A DNA stretch of 64,000 nucleotides from Mustelus asterias (Eukaryota). Under the pieces are notes generated by a model. That model ran no database searches. It saw nothing but the letters and a program-made list of their open reading frames with translations, and was not told the origin of the DNA. Both the position numbers and the translations under genes were made by a program. The DNA lies in contig NW_027590141.1 in NCBI RefSeq assembly GCF_964213995.1, forward strand, positions 496,001-560,000. The letters run 5' to 3'. Positions 22,995 through 35,119 of this stretch are shown here, in pieces (the first letter of the stretch is position 1; each line of letters starts with the position of its first letter).

Positions 22995-23400
22995 ACTATA
23001 TCCCTCATAATTTTAAAGACTTCAATCATGTCCCTATCAGCCTTCTCTGTTCTAAGAACAACAATCTCAGCGTAGCCAGATTCTCTCCATAGTTGAAATG
23101 CTCCAACACAGGCAACATCCTGGTGAATCTCCTCTGCATCCTCTCTCGTGCAATCACATCCTTCCTGTTGTGTGGTGACCAGAACTGCACACAGCACACT
23201 AGCTGTGGCCAACCGAGCATTTTATACAGTTCCATCATAACTTCCCTGCTCTTCTGTTCTATGCCTTGGCTGATAAAGGTAACTATCTTATATGCCTTGT
23301 AACCACCTCACCAACCTGTCCTGCTTCCATCAAGTATCTTTGCACATGCACCCTTAGGTCTCTCTGCTCTACTTCCTAGCATCCTCCCATTCATTGTGTA
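22995..23400 (-). mobile_element. CR1 fragment
   Basis: ORF 23026-23238, CVQFWSPHNRKD..RRFTRMLP. Confidence 0.85.
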
Positions 23401-23504
23401 TCCACACCCACTGCAGCATCTCCACCCTCCACTTCCAGCTTCCTCCTTCGCTCCTGTGAACGGATTGAGAATAAAATTCTTGAATCAAACATTTTCTCTC
23501 CTGG

Positions 23505-23900
23505 TCACGGGGACCCTGAGAACCCGCCCGCCCTTTGTGACGTCACAGATAGCCGCGCCTGCGCCCTGCAGCCCGCTAGAACAAGATGGCGGCCGTTACC
23601 CCGGGCCTGTTGCCGGGAAAAGCGTCGGTACTCCAAACGCGAGAGCTGCAGGATTTTATTGGGGATTTGCGGCCTACACCGGGTGTTAATGAACTCTCTC
23701 CTCACCCTCCGCCTCCTACCGGCTGCCGTTTTTTCTCGCGCCGCCGCCTCTTACCGTCCGCGGTTCGACAAACCAGCTTCTCGTCCACTGTCCAGCCTGC
23801 GCATGTTCAGTACAACGAGGAACTGCGCATGCGTTCAGGTCTCCTGCTCTGATCGGGGACATTCTCTCCCGCGGGGCAGGTTGGGTAACATCCCCGCCAT
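23505..23900. promoter_or_regulatory. CpG promoter P4, probable promoter of the gene at 19943-20884
   Basis: CRE GTGACGTCAC near 23537, YY1 CAAGATGGCGGC near 23582, NRF1 TGCGCATGCG near 23824, minus-strand donor near 23705; homologous to 1000-1340. Confidence 0.7.
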
Positions 23901-23994
23901 TGATCCAGTGAGTTTAGAATTATTTATCCGCTGTTGCTGAGACTCAGTAAGAAGTCTCACAACCAGGTTAAAGTCCAACAGGTTTATTTGAAAT

Positions 23995-24032
23995 CACGAG
24001 CTTTCGGAGCACCGCCCCATCATCAGGTGAGT
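23995..24032 (-). ncRNA. Minimal type-I hammerhead ribozyme motif in a Penelope mini-insert (23945-24035)
   Basis: Minus strand reads CAC CUGAUGA U GGGGC GGU GCUCC GAAA GC UC GUG: both catalytic boxes, a 5-bp stem II, a UC cleavage site and CAC/GUG stem I. Confidence 0.7.
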
Positions 24033-24489
24033 CTCCACATCTACAAGCATCTTCATATAATTGCCAAGACTGCGCTCGTCCCCTCAGCCTCCTGCAGCCA
24101 CACCGCACATGCTCCGCTCAGGGAGGTGGGCACTGGGTGCAGAGCTTAACAGGCATGTGCGTGTTGCCCTTGAGAAGGAGATTGGCCTGATTAACCTGGC
24201 ATTTATTTCATCAATGGAATGAAATATCGAGGGTCACAGTCATTGAAAAATAAAATTAACATTATCTACTCCTACTCGTTAGCTATCCTGTGCAAAATTA
24301 ATATATTAAAAGTAACAATTAATTTTTTTATTAATTGTCTTTTTAAAAAATTTATCATGCTAATCTGATTTAATTTCCCAACTCCAATTCATGGCCTCAT
24401 TTTGTTCCTGTCTCCAAGCCCCTTAACTTTATCTGACAGTGTAATGTTGTCCTGGAAGCCAACAGGAAGTGGCCTCAGAGGATCAAGGG

Positions 24490-25255
24490 ATTTGATTTGA
24501 TTTATTCTTGTCACAGATATTGGGATGTAGTGAAATGTATTGTTTCTTGTGCGCTGTACAATCAAAATATACTATTCATAGAGTACATAGGGGAGAAGGA
24601 AAGGAGAGGGTGCAGAATATAATGTTGCAGTCACACACAGGCTGTAGAGAAAGATCAGCTTAATATATTGTAGGTCCATTCGAAAGTCTGTTAGCAGCAG
24701 GGAAGAAGCTGTTCTTGTTGATTGCTATATATTAGCAGACCTTTGCATCTTTTTTCTAATGGAAGAAGGTGGAAGAGAGTATTTCCAGGGTGTTTTGCGT
24801 CCTTGATTATGCTGGCTACTTTCCTGAGTCAACGGCAAAATTATGAGAGACATAGACAGGATGGATAGTCTGAGGCTTTTTCTGAGTGTGGCACGGGCTC
24901 AAGGTGAGAGGGGGAACGATTTCAATGCAGAGAGTGGTGGATGCTTGGAACGTGCTGCCAGAGGTGGTGGTGGAAGCAGGCACATTAGCAACATTTAAGT
25001 GGCATCTGGATGGTACATGAATAGGAAGGGAATGAAGGATACCGACTGAGTATGGGCAGAAATTTATTTTTTAGTTTAGTTCGGGCATCATCATTGGTAC
25101 AGGCTTGGAGGGCCAAAGGGCCTGTTCCTGAGCTGTACTTTTCTTTGTTCTTTGAAGTTTACATGGAGTGAATGGATGGGAGGCTGATTTGCATCATGGA
25201 CTGGATTACATTCCCAACTCTTTGTAGTTTTTTGCGATCTTAGTCAGAGCAGAAG
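24490..25255 (-). mobile_element. Rex1-like 3' fragment interrupted by a plus-strand CR1 tail (about 24835-25152)
   Basis: gatttgatttgattt tail; Rex1 sequence resumes after the CR1 piece. Confidence 0.75.
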
Positions 25256-25457
25256 AAGCAGGGAGTTCTGTAATAAGTCAACCTGTGCTGACCAGTCAAG
25301 TGTGTAATTGTGAAATGAAACCAGGAAATGTTGGAAAAACTCAGCAAGTTTGGCAGTAACTGTGGACAAAGAAACAGAGTTACGGACTCAAGCCAGTCTG
25401 ACTCTCCTTCAGATTCTTCTTCTAAGTCATTGAGAAACCCTGGTTACCAAGTTATCT

Positions 25458-25627
25458 TTTAAACTTAAACATAGCATTTCACTTTCAGTCAGGAACAGAT
25501 CCCAGTTTTACACCAATCTCTGATTTGACAGCACATTTACAGCATCCATCATTGTTCTTCCTGACTCTAAACCTAGTTGTAAAGGAGTTTCTGTTCCGTG
25601 TCTAGGAGCCCTGAGCCATGGAAGAGA
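25458..25627 (+). repeat. About 168-bp direct repeat, copy 1
   Basis: Near-identical to 26682-26849. Confidence 0.9.
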
Positions 25628-26010
25628 GTAGCTGGGACACATTTCTTCCACACTTCAGGATTCAACCACATGGGGATTTTGCTGTCAGTGAAGAGCGATG
25701 TGAAAGAGCCAAGTGCTCTTTGTCCCTCTCAGTGTGACCCTGAAGGATTGTATCCAGGCTGAAGTTCTGTTCCTACTGTGTGATCCTTCTGCAGATTATC
25801 CTTTCTGAGTTCCAGCCTGGTGATGTTAAACATGGAGGTGGGAAAGACAAAAATCTACAATGTGTTTAAAACAAGTTTAAAATTTATCCTGAACATTAAA
25901 CACCACCCAAGTTATAGGGCTTTGAACATCAGCAAAACAAACTCCAATTATCCAAATCAACATGCTTCTGTCTGGATGTGATTAACAACAGTCATAACAA
26001 GCCCCTGCTC

Positions 26011-26596
26011 TCACTTGTGAACTTGCTGGTGTCTCAGCAGGTTGAATGAATGAGTGAATCCCTTCCCACATACAGAGCAGATGAATGGCCTCTTCCCCAG
26101 TGTGAACTCTTTGATGTTCCACCAGAGTGGAGGATTGAGTGAATCTCTTCCTACCTATGGAGCAGCTGAACGGTCTTTCAACAGTGTGAGCTCTCCGGTG
26201 TTTCCGCAGGCTGGATGACTGACAACCCTTTCCCGCACATGGAGTAGGTGAATGGTCTCTCTCCAGTGTGACTGTGCTGGTGTATCAGTACCTCACTTCC
26301 GCAAAACACTTCTCACATGCAGGACAGTTGAAAGGTTTCTTATCAGAATGAACACGCCGATGTGTCAGCAGGCTGGATAACTGAACAAATTCCTTCCCAC
26401 ACACCAGGCAGGGGAATGACTTCTCGCTGGTGTGAACCCGCATGTGGATAGGGAGCTTGGATAACTGTGCAAATCCCTTCCCACACACAGAGCAGGTGAA
26501 CGGTCTCTCCCCAGTGTGTCTGTGTCGATGAATTTCCAGCTGGCATGGGTAATTGAATCCTTTCCGACAGTCTCCACATTTCCACAGTTTCTCCAT
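26011..26596 (-). pseudogene. C2H2 zinc-finger pseudogene (about 7 fingers, frameshifted)
   Basis: MEKLWKC start, three intact fingers, stop at 26285; more fingers out of frame down to the ancestral stop near 26011; 5' exons absent. Confidence 0.85.
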
Positions 26597-26681
26597 GGTG
26601 CCAGTGGCCTTGTGTCGTTCCAGGTTGGATGATCAGTTAAAGTCTTGTCCACACACAAAACACTTGTAAAGTTTCTTTCTG

Positions 26682-26849
26682 TTTAAACTTAAACAGCATT
26701 TCACTTTCAGTCAGGAACAGATCCCAGTTTTACACCAATCTCTGATTTGACAGCACATTTACAGCATCCACCATTGTTCTTCCTGACTCTAAACCCAGTT
26801 GTAAAGGAGTTTCTGTTCCGTGTCTAGGAGCCCTGAACAATGGAAGAGA
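26682..26849 (+). repeat. About 168-bp direct repeat, copy 2
   Basis: Near-identical to 25458-25627. Confidence 0.9.
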
Positions 26850-27262
26850 CCCCCCCCTGTCCCCCTGCCAGAGAGCTATCGGGCTCCCCCTCCCCCCCAC
26901 CAGAAATACATGTTACCCGCCTCCCTCCCCACCCCCCAGAGAATGATCTGGCCTCACTCCCCCCCCCCCCCCCGCCACCAGAGGACGATGCCCACCCCCC
27001 ACAGAGATACATCTTACCCACCTCCCTCCTCCCCTCTCCAAGAGAATGATCTGGCCTCCCCCCCCCCCCGGCCAGGGAACGATTTGGCCTAATCCTCCCC
27101 CACCCCCCAAGAGAATGATCTTGCTTTACTCCCCCCTCCCCCGAGGTACATCTGACCCGCCTCCTCCTCCCTGCCCCCCCCCCCCTCCCCCCCCCTCCCC
27201 CCCTCCCCCCCCCCTCCCCCCCCCTCCCCCCCTCCCCCCCCCCTCCCCCCCTCCCCCCCCCC
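26850..27262. repeat. C-rich degenerate minisatellite and poly-C tract
   Basis: Repeated agagaatgatctggcct+Cn units, then about 90 bp of (CnT). Confidence 0.9.
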
Positions 27263-28935
27263 GTCGATCTGAGTCAGAGAGCCGTTGGAAGCACTGAACG
27301 CGCCTCTTCAGCAGCTGGAGTGCCCGAATCAGACTTTTATTCAGCAGGTCCATTTCGGTGCGATTCCGGATCGGTGAACATAAGAACATAAGAAATAGGA
27401 GCAGGAGTAGGCCATCTAGCCCCTCGAGCCTGCCCCGCCATTCAATAAGATCATGGCTGATCTGACGTGGATCAGTACCACTTACCCGCCTGATCCCCAT
27501 AACCCTTAATTCCCTTACCGCTCAGGAATCCGTCCATCCGCGCTTTAAACATATTCAGCGAGGTAGCCTCCACCACCTCAGTGGGCAGAGAATTCCAGAG
27601 ATTCACCACCCTCTGGGAGAAGAAGTTCCTCCTCAACTCTGTCTTAAACCGACCCCCCTTTATTTTGAGGCTGTGTCCTCTAGTTTTAACTTCCTTACTA
27701 AGTGGAAAGAATCTCTCTGCCTCCACCCTATCCAGCCCCCGCATTATCTTATAAGTCTCCATAAGATCCCCCCTCATCCTTCTAAACTCCAACGAGTACA
27801 AACCCAATCTCCTCAGCCTCTCCTCATAATCCAAACCCCTCATCTCCGGTATCAACCTGGTGAACCTTCTCTGCACTCCCTCCAATGCCAATATATCCTT
27901 CCTCATATAAGGGGACCAATACTGCACACAGTATTCCAGCTGCGGCCTCACCAATGCCCTGTACAGGTGCATCAAGACATCCCTGCTTTTATATTCTATC
28001 CCCCTCGCAATATAGGCCAACATCCCATTTGCCTTCTTGATCACCTGTTGTACCTGCAGACTGGGCTTTTGCGTCTCATGCACAAGGACCCCCAGGTCCC
28101 TTTGCACGGTAGCATGTTTTAATTTGTTTCCATTGAGATAGTAATCCCATTTGTTATTATTTCGTCCAAAGTGTATAACCTCGCATTTCTCAACGTTATA
28201 CTCCATTTGCCATATCCTCGCCCACTCACTCAGCCTGTCCAAATCTCTCTGCAGATCTTCTCCGTCCTCCACACGATTCACTTTTCCACTTATCTTTGTG
28301 TCGTCTGCAAACTTCGTTACCCTACACTCCGTCCCCTCCTCCAGATCATCTATATAAATGGTAAACAGTTGCGGCCCGAGTACCGATCCCTGCGGCACGC
28401 CACTAGTTACTTTCCTCCAACCGGAAAAACACCCATTTATTCCGACTCTTTGCTTCCTGTCGGATAGCCAGTCCCCAATCCACTTTAACACACTACCCCC
28501 AACTCCGTGTGCCCTAATCTTCTTCAGCAGCCTTTTATGGGGCACCTTATCAAACGCCTTTTGGAAATCCAAAAACACCGCATCCACCGGTTCTCCTCCA
28601 TCAACCGCCCTCGTCACATCTTCATAAAAATCCAACATGTTCGTCAAGCACGACTTTCCCCTCATGAATCCATGGGCACGACTTTCCCCTCATGAATCCA
28701 CACGGTGGTAAAGGGAGAAATGCTGGTAAAGTTGGGCGGGCAATTCATTAATTCAATTTAAATGCATGCAAATGCATTTAAATCGCCGTTGCGCCCGTTT
28801 CGGGCGTGAATCAGATCATGGCCATTCCCGGGTCTCAGTAAAGTGGCCATCTGCGCGGGCGCAGAGCGTGTTAATGGTCTCACACCCAACTTTACTATGT
28901 TTTCACACCTGCAATGGTTAAATCGGGCCCTATAG
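27263..28935. mobile_element. Unclassified GC-rich non-autonomous element split by a CR1 insertion
   Basis: Flanks 27263-27377 and 28701-28935 look like one repeat, with the internal palindrome atttaaatgca..tgcatttaaat and an end aaatcgggcccta; family not identified. Confidence 0.35.
27378..28672 (-). mobile_element. Young 5'-truncated CR1 LINE with an intact 397-aa RT/C-terminal frame
   Basis: ORF 27472-28665: [28 protein letters not shown]; (TTCTTATG)n tail; CpGs retained. Confidence 0.97.
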
Positions 28936-30010
28936 CTCAGCCTTCAACACCATGATTCAATGAAACTCATCTCCAAACTCCATGGCCTGGGTCTCGGCTC
29001 TTCCCTCTGTGACTGGATCCTGAACTTCCTAGCCCACAGACCGCAATCAGTAAGGATAAGCAACAACACCTCCTCCACAGTCACCCTCAACACCTCCTCC
29101 ACGATCATCCTCAACACCGGTGCCCCACAAGGCTGTGTCCTCAGCCCCCTTCTATACTCCTTATACACTTATGACTGTGTGGCCAAATTCCCCTCCAACT
29201 CGATTTTCAAGTTTGCTGATGACACCACTGTGGTGGGTTGCATCTCAAACAATGACGAGACAGAGAATCTGGTGAACTGGTGCAGCAACAACAATCTCTC
29301 CCTCAATGTCAACAAAATAATCATCGACTTCAGAAAGCGTAGAGGAGAACATGCCCCTGTCTACATCAATGGGGACAAAGTAGAAATGGTCAGAAGCTTC
29401 AAGTTGTTAGGTGTCCAGATCACCAACAACCTATCTTGGTACCCCCATGCCAACACTATAGTCAAGAAAGCCCACCAACGCCTCTACTTTCCGAAAGACT
29501 GAGGAAATTTGGCATATCATCTACCACTCTCACCAACTTTGACAGATGCACCATAGAAAGCATTCTTTCTGGTTGTATCACAGCTTGGTATGGCTTCTGC
29601 TCTGCCCAAGACAGCAAGAAACTACAAAAGGTCGAGAAGCCCAGTCCATCACGCAAATCAGACTCTGTCTACACTTCCCACTGCCTCAGCAAAGCAGCCA
29701 GCATAATTAAGGGCCCCACGCACCCCGGACATTTTCTCTTCCACCTTCTTCCAACGGGATAAAGATACAAAAGTCTGAGGTCAGTACCAACCGACCCAAG
29801 AATAGCTTCTTGCCTGCTGCCATCAGACTTTTGAATGGACTAACCTCTCACTAAGTTCATCTTTCTCTACACCCTAGCTTTGACTGTAACACTACATTTT
29901 GCACTGTCTCCTTTCCTTCTCTGTGAATGGTATGCTTTGTCTAGACAGCATGCAAGAAAAAATACTTTTCACTTTATACTAATACGTGACAATAAATCAA
30001 ATCAAATCTG
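28935..30010 (+). mobile_element. Rex1/Babar-clade LINE 3' part
   Basis: [43 protein letters not shown] and CTIESILSGCITAWYG; tail aataaatcaaatcaaatc; internal 24-bp duplication near 29064-29115. Confidence 0.92.
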
Positions 30011-30169
30011 TTTTGGATTCTCCTGCAAATGGAAACATTTGTGCCACATCTACAAGGTCAACAAATAAAGATCCAAGAGCAAGCTACGTTTTGGATACAA
30101 AATTGTTTCAGTTGCACAAGACAATGAATGACAGTTGATGTGTGTTTTTTTGTGACTGGAAGATGCTGA

Positions 30170-30760
30170 TGCAGTGGTCATGTAATTGGACGAGTAATCC
30201 AGAGGCCCAAGCTAATGGACTGGGGACATGCATTCAAATCCCAACATGGCAGCTGGTGGAAATTGAATTAATAAATCTGGAATTGAAAACGAATCCCTGG
30301 GAGAACATGAAGTCATTGGCAATTGTAAAAACCCATCCTGTTCACCAGTGCCCTTAACTGATCTGGTCTCCATGTGAATCCAGACCCACAGCATTGTGGT
30401 TGCCTTCCAGAACTTCCAGCGTTTCCTCCGGGTGCTCCAGTTTCCTCCCACAGTCCAAAGATGCGCAGGTTAGGTTGATTGGCCGTGCTAAAATTGCTCC
30501 TTAGTGTCCTAAGATGCGTAGGTTAGAAGGATTAGCGGGTAAATATATAGGGATATGGGGTTAGGGCCTGGGTGGGATTGTGGTTGGCGCAGACTCGATG
30601 GGCCAAATGGCCTCTTTCTGCACTGTAGGGTTTCTATGATTCTTCTATGATTCTATGAACTGCGCTCTGAAAAAGCACAGCAAGCCACTCAGCTTGAGAG
30701 CAACTAGGATTGAGCAACAATGCTGGTCTTGCCAGTGACACCCACATCCAGTAAAGAATC
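30170..30760 (+). mobile_element. Older tRNA-SINE family interrupted by an HE1-like SINE (30420-30658)
   Basis: A/B-box-like head; the tail atgctggtcttgccagtgacacccacatcc resembles the LINE tail at 36280-36316. Confidence 0.6.
30420..30658 (+). mobile_element. HE1-like SINE, 5'-truncated
   Basis: V-domain and (TTCTATGA)n tail. Confidence 0.9.
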
Positions 30761-30834
30761 AAAAACCAGAGGGGGTTTCATCGGGCTCAATACTGGGTCC
30801 TTCATTCTTGGTTTATATCATTGATTTGAAATTA

Positions 30835-31172
30835 AATCATAGAAATCATAGAAACCCTACAGTGCAGAAGGAGGCCATTCAGCCCATCGAGTCTGCACCG
30901 ACCACAATCCCACCCAGGCCCGACACTCACATATTTACCCGCTAATCCCTCTAACCTACGCATCTCAGGATTCTAAGGGGCAATTTTTAACCTGGCCAAT
31001 CAACCTAACCCGCACATCTTTGGACTGTGGGAGGAAACCGGAGCACCCGGAGGAAACCCACGCAGACACGAGGAGAATGTGCAAACTCCACACAGTGACC
31101 CAAGCCGGGAATCGAACCCAGGTTCCTGGAGCTGTGAAGCAGCAGTGCTAACCACTGTGCTACCGTGCCGCC
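30835..31172 (-). mobile_element. Full-length HE1-like SINE
   Basis: Reverse strand begins GGCGGCACGGTAGCACAGTGG, with B box GGTTCGATTCC, V-domain and tail. Confidence 0.93.
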
Positions 31173-31189
31173 GTGTAGGGACATGACTA

Positions 31190-31630
31190 AGAACTTTGCC
31201 GATTATACTAAAAATGGTTGTGCACTTGATAGTGAGGCAGAAAGCTGGAGGGAAAACAAGACAAAGGATTACTGATAAGTGGCAGAACTATGAGAATTGT
31301 AGAAGAACAGAGGGATGTTGGAGTGCAGAAGGTCACGGGTATAGCTTGAGAGGCAGTAGATTTAAAACTGAGATGAGGAGGAACTACTTCTCGAAGATGG
31401 TGGTTAATTTGTGAAACTCGCTGCCCCATAGCACAATGCAGTCTGAATCGTTCAATGGTTTCGAGGAGATAGATATATTTCTAATTTATAAAAATGGATA
31501 AGGGAATATGGGGAACATGTGGGGAGGTGGATTTGAGACCAGGGAGAGATCAGCCATGATTTGATTGAATGGCAGAGCAGGCTCAAACGGCTCAATTTGC
31601 CTACTTCTGTTCCGAATTCATATGTTCCCA
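31190..31630 (+). mobile_element. Internally deleted CR1 fragment
   Basis: NFADYTK...GYSLRGSRFKTEMRRNYFS followed by a tail. Confidence 0.7.
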
Positions 31631-32079
31631 CAGCCACAGATCCATGAATGTAGCCGAAGAACAATGCAGCACAGGAAAGGGCCCTTTGGCACACCAAGCC
31701 TGCGTCGATACGCGGTTTCTATCACTCTGTTCGCCTCCAGTTCATGCATCTATCAAGGAGATAATTTCATTCATGACTTGTGAAAAACATCAACCTGAGT
31801 CACCCTGGCTGATCAGACAGAATCACAGACGTTAACCTTGTGTCCAGAACTGAGTGTGTGGAGATTTTCGCAGAGGAGCCTCAGTCACCATCATTGAGAC
31901 TAACTTTAAATTGCAGATCGTATTAATTGAATGGATTTGAAGCCCTGTCCCCAGGACATTGTGCTGACTCTCTGAATTACTAATGCAGTGACATTGCCAG
32001 TAGGTCAGTGTGTCTCCCCTGCTCTCTTTGTTGGTGGGGAGAAGCCAGAAGCGGCGGATAGTGAGAGTGGAGAATGTTC

Positions 32080-32590
32080 ATTGTGAACCCCGCCCCCGCC
32101 CCCGCCCCCGCCCTCGCCCTCGGGACTGACCTCTCACCCGACACCTCACAATGCCCGAGTGATTGATGGCAGCTCCGGGCCAATAGGAGGAGGGGGCGGG
32201 GCTGGAGGACCAAGCGGAACGTATTGCTCCCCCAACCAATCGGAGTGAATGAAGAGGCGGGGCTGGACTGAGTGAAGCATGCGCAGTGAGATTAATGGCG
32301 ATGGAGAAATTCTTGTTCGGGTCCAAAATCAGAAAAAGGTGAGAATTTGCTTGTCGGAGGGAGCGGTGGATCAGGCGGGGGATCAGAGAGGCTTCGTAAT
32401 CACGATCAGCTTCTGCAAAAAAAACCTACCGATATCCGGGGCTGATCCCAGCCCTTTGCACAGAGCAGTTTTCTTCCAGTTACGGATCCGGATTAACCGC
32501 CACCATTTTTAGCTGGGCACACCCAATGGGGAGCATGCGCGGCCGCCATCTTTATTCGGGGCACTCGCAGCAGGGCGCATGCGTAGCTGC
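32080..32590. promoter_or_regulatory. CpG promoter/first exon P5 of the gene at 33885
   Basis: (CCCCCG)n GC boxes at 32087-32113, two CCAAT, NRF1 motifs, donor aag|gtgaga at 32339, YY1 GGCCGCCATCTT at 32541. Confidence 0.75.
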
Positions 32591-32657
32591 CATGTTTGTT
32601 GGGGCAATGTTTTGACATCTTCCCAGAGACAGAATGTGAACAACTTGTCCATCACAC

Positions 32658-33168
32658 ATCAAAAGGATATTAATAAGGTTGAAAGAGTGCAGAGAAGGTT
32701 TACAAGGATGTTGCCGGGACTTGAGAAACTGAGTTACAGAGAAAGTTTGAATCGGTTGGGACTTTATCCCCTGGAGCGTAGAAGAATGAGGGGAGATTTG
32801 ATAGAGGTGTATAAAATTATGATGGGTATAGATGGAGTGAATGCAAGCAGGCTTTTTCCACTGAGGCTAGGGGAGAAAATAACAAGAGGACATGGGTTAA
32901 GGGTGAAGGGGGAAAAGTTTAAAGGGAATATTGGGGGGGGCTTCTTCACACAGAGAGTGGTGGGAGTGTGGAATGAGCTGCCAGATGAAGTGGTGAATGC
33001 GGGCTCACTTTTAACATTTAAGAAAAACTTGGACAGGTACATGGATGAGAGGGGTGTGGAGGAATATGGTCCAGGTGCAGGTCAGCGGGACTCGGCAGAA
33101 AAATAGTTCGGCACAGACAAGAAGGGCCAAAAGGCCTGTTTCTGTGCTGTAAGGTTCTATGGTTCTAA
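32658..33168 (+). mobile_element. CR1 3' fragment
   Basis: KDINKVERVQRRFTRMLPGLE to the tail; same subfamily as 45603-46640. Confidence 0.92.
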
Positions 33169-33314
33169 ACCGCTGTCATTCTTTCACTTCCAATTTCTTA
33201 CTGATGAGGCAGAACAACAATATCAGGGCAGTGAAGATCATTTGCATTCTTATGTGTCTTTAACAAAATAAAATAGCCTCAGAAATTTCACAAAATTGTT
33301 ACAGTTCTTTGAAA

Positions 33315-33578
33315 AGGGTTCGCACTGCTGCCTCACAGCTCCAAGGACCCGGGTTCAATACAGCCTCGAGTGACTCTGCCTCCTCTTGTCTGTGTGGGGT
33401 TTCATCCGGGTGCTCCGGTTTCCTCTCACAGTCCAATGATGTGCAGGTTAGCTGGATTGGCTATGCTAAATTGCCCCTTAGTGCCCCAAGATGTGTAGGT
33501 TGGGGAGGTAATGACATAAATATGTGGAGTTACGGGGATAAGACCTGGGTGGGATGCTTTGTCAGAGATTCAGTACAG
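33315..33578 (+). mobile_element. Diverged HE1-like SINE
   Basis: B box GGTTCAAT and V-domain. Confidence 0.8.
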
Positions 33579-33884
33579 AGTCCAGACCAGTTGGCAAGTT
33601 TCCTTCCCTGAAGGACATGAGTGAATCAATTGAATCCAGCACGTTTCATGGTCACTTTTTCCTAGTGCAGGCCCCACATATTACCAGATTCATTCAGCTC
33701 AATTTCACAGCCTGCCTTTGTGTTTTTGTGGGTTCTTTCTCAGTCCCTTTTTTCTGTTCTAAATTAATTTCACAGGGTTTTAGAAGGGGACGATTTGCAA
33801 TTGGGAAACTGAAACCAAACATCACATCAGGGACTGATACAGTCGACCAACTTATCGTAACCTGAATATTGTCATATTTTGAAC

Positions 33885-34922
33885 ATGGAAGGAAAAAGAT
33901 CCATTCATAGCGGAGAGAAACCATACTCGTGTTCTGTGTGTAGACGAGGATTCAACCAATCATCTGACCTGTCAAAACATGAATGCAGTCATGATGGGGA
34001 GAAGCCGTGGAAATGTGGGGTCTGTGGGAAGGGATTCAATTATCCATCCCAGCTGGAAACTCATCGGCGTGGTCACACCGGGGAGAGGCCGTTCACCTGC
34101 TCGGACTGCGGGAAAGGATTCACTAAGTCATCCACCCTGCTGACACACCAGCGCACACACACTGGGCAGAGGCCATTCACTTGCTCTGTGTGTAGGATCG
34201 GATTCACTCAATCATCCACACTGTTGACACACCAGCGAATTCATACTGGGGAGAGGCCATTCACCTGCTCTGACTGTGGACAGGGATTCACTCACCAATC
34301 CACCCTGCTGACACACCAGCGAGTTCACACTAGGCAGAGACCGTTCACCTGCTCTGCGTGTGGGAAAGGATTCATTAATTTATCCAACCTGACGACACAC
34401 CAAAGAAGTCACACTGACGAGAGACCGTTTAAATGTCTGGACTGTGGGAAGTGTTATAAAACCTCTCAGGAACTGATGTCCCATCAACAAGTTCACACTG
34501 ACGAGAGACCGTTCAGGTGCTCTCACTGCGGTACTGGGTTCAGGCGATCATCTCATCTCACAGTTCACCAGCGCACTCACACAGGAGATAGACCGTTCAC
34601 ATGCTCTGTATGTGGGAAGGGATTCACTCAGTCATACACTCTGCTGAGACACCAGCGAGTTCACACCGGAGAGAGACCGTTCACCTGCTCGAGGTGTGGG
34701 AAGAGATTCACTCAATCATCAGCACTGCTCAGACACCAGCGAGTTCACACTGGGGAGAGACTGTTCACCTGCAATGATTGTGGGAAGAGATTCACTCAGT
34801 CATCCAACCTGCTGACACACCAGCGAGTTCACACTGGAAAGAGACCATTCACATGTTCTGAGTGTGGGATAGGATTTACTCAGTCATCCAACCTGCTGAG
34901 ACACCAGCGAGTTCACAATTAA
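33885..34922 (+). CDS. C2H2 zinc-finger gene, 12 fingers, intact
   Basis: AACATGG start; acceptor tttcacag|g near 33776; uninterrupted array; upstream promoter P5. Confidence 0.9.
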   Translation: MEGKRSIHSGEKPYSCSVCRRGFNQSSDLSKHECSHDGEKPWKCGVCGKGFNYPSQLETHRRGHTGERPFTCSDCGKGFTKSSTLLTHQRTHTGQRPFTCSVCRIGFTQSSTLLTHQRIHTGERPFTCSDCGQGFTHQSTLLTHQRVHTRQRPFTCSACGKGFINLSNLTTHQRSHTDERPFKCLDCGKCYKTSQELMSHQQVHTDERPFRCSHCGTGFRRSSHLTVHQRTHTGDRPFTCSVCGKGFTQSYTLLRHQRVHTGERPFTCSRCGKRFTQSSALLRHQRVHTGERLFTCNDCGKRFTQSSNLLTHQRVHTGKRPFTCSECGIGFTQSSNLLRHQRVHN

Positions 34923-35119
34923 CTCCAGAGATTGGATTGTGTTGTCAATCAGATTGAGAACTGAGCTATTTCTATTGGGGTCTGTTTCTGCTGATGTTAA
35001 TAAACTTCAGGTCAGTTATAGAGACTAATATTCTGGACAAAAATCAAATATGTTGTCTTTGATTTAAACATGCTGTGTCGAGCCTTTCTAATATCTCTAA
35101 CACAAGTTAGTTCCTTTTT

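Noticed and set aside
27046-27500. Poly-Pro and poly-Gly ORFs
   Set aside because: They are translations of the poly-C tract.
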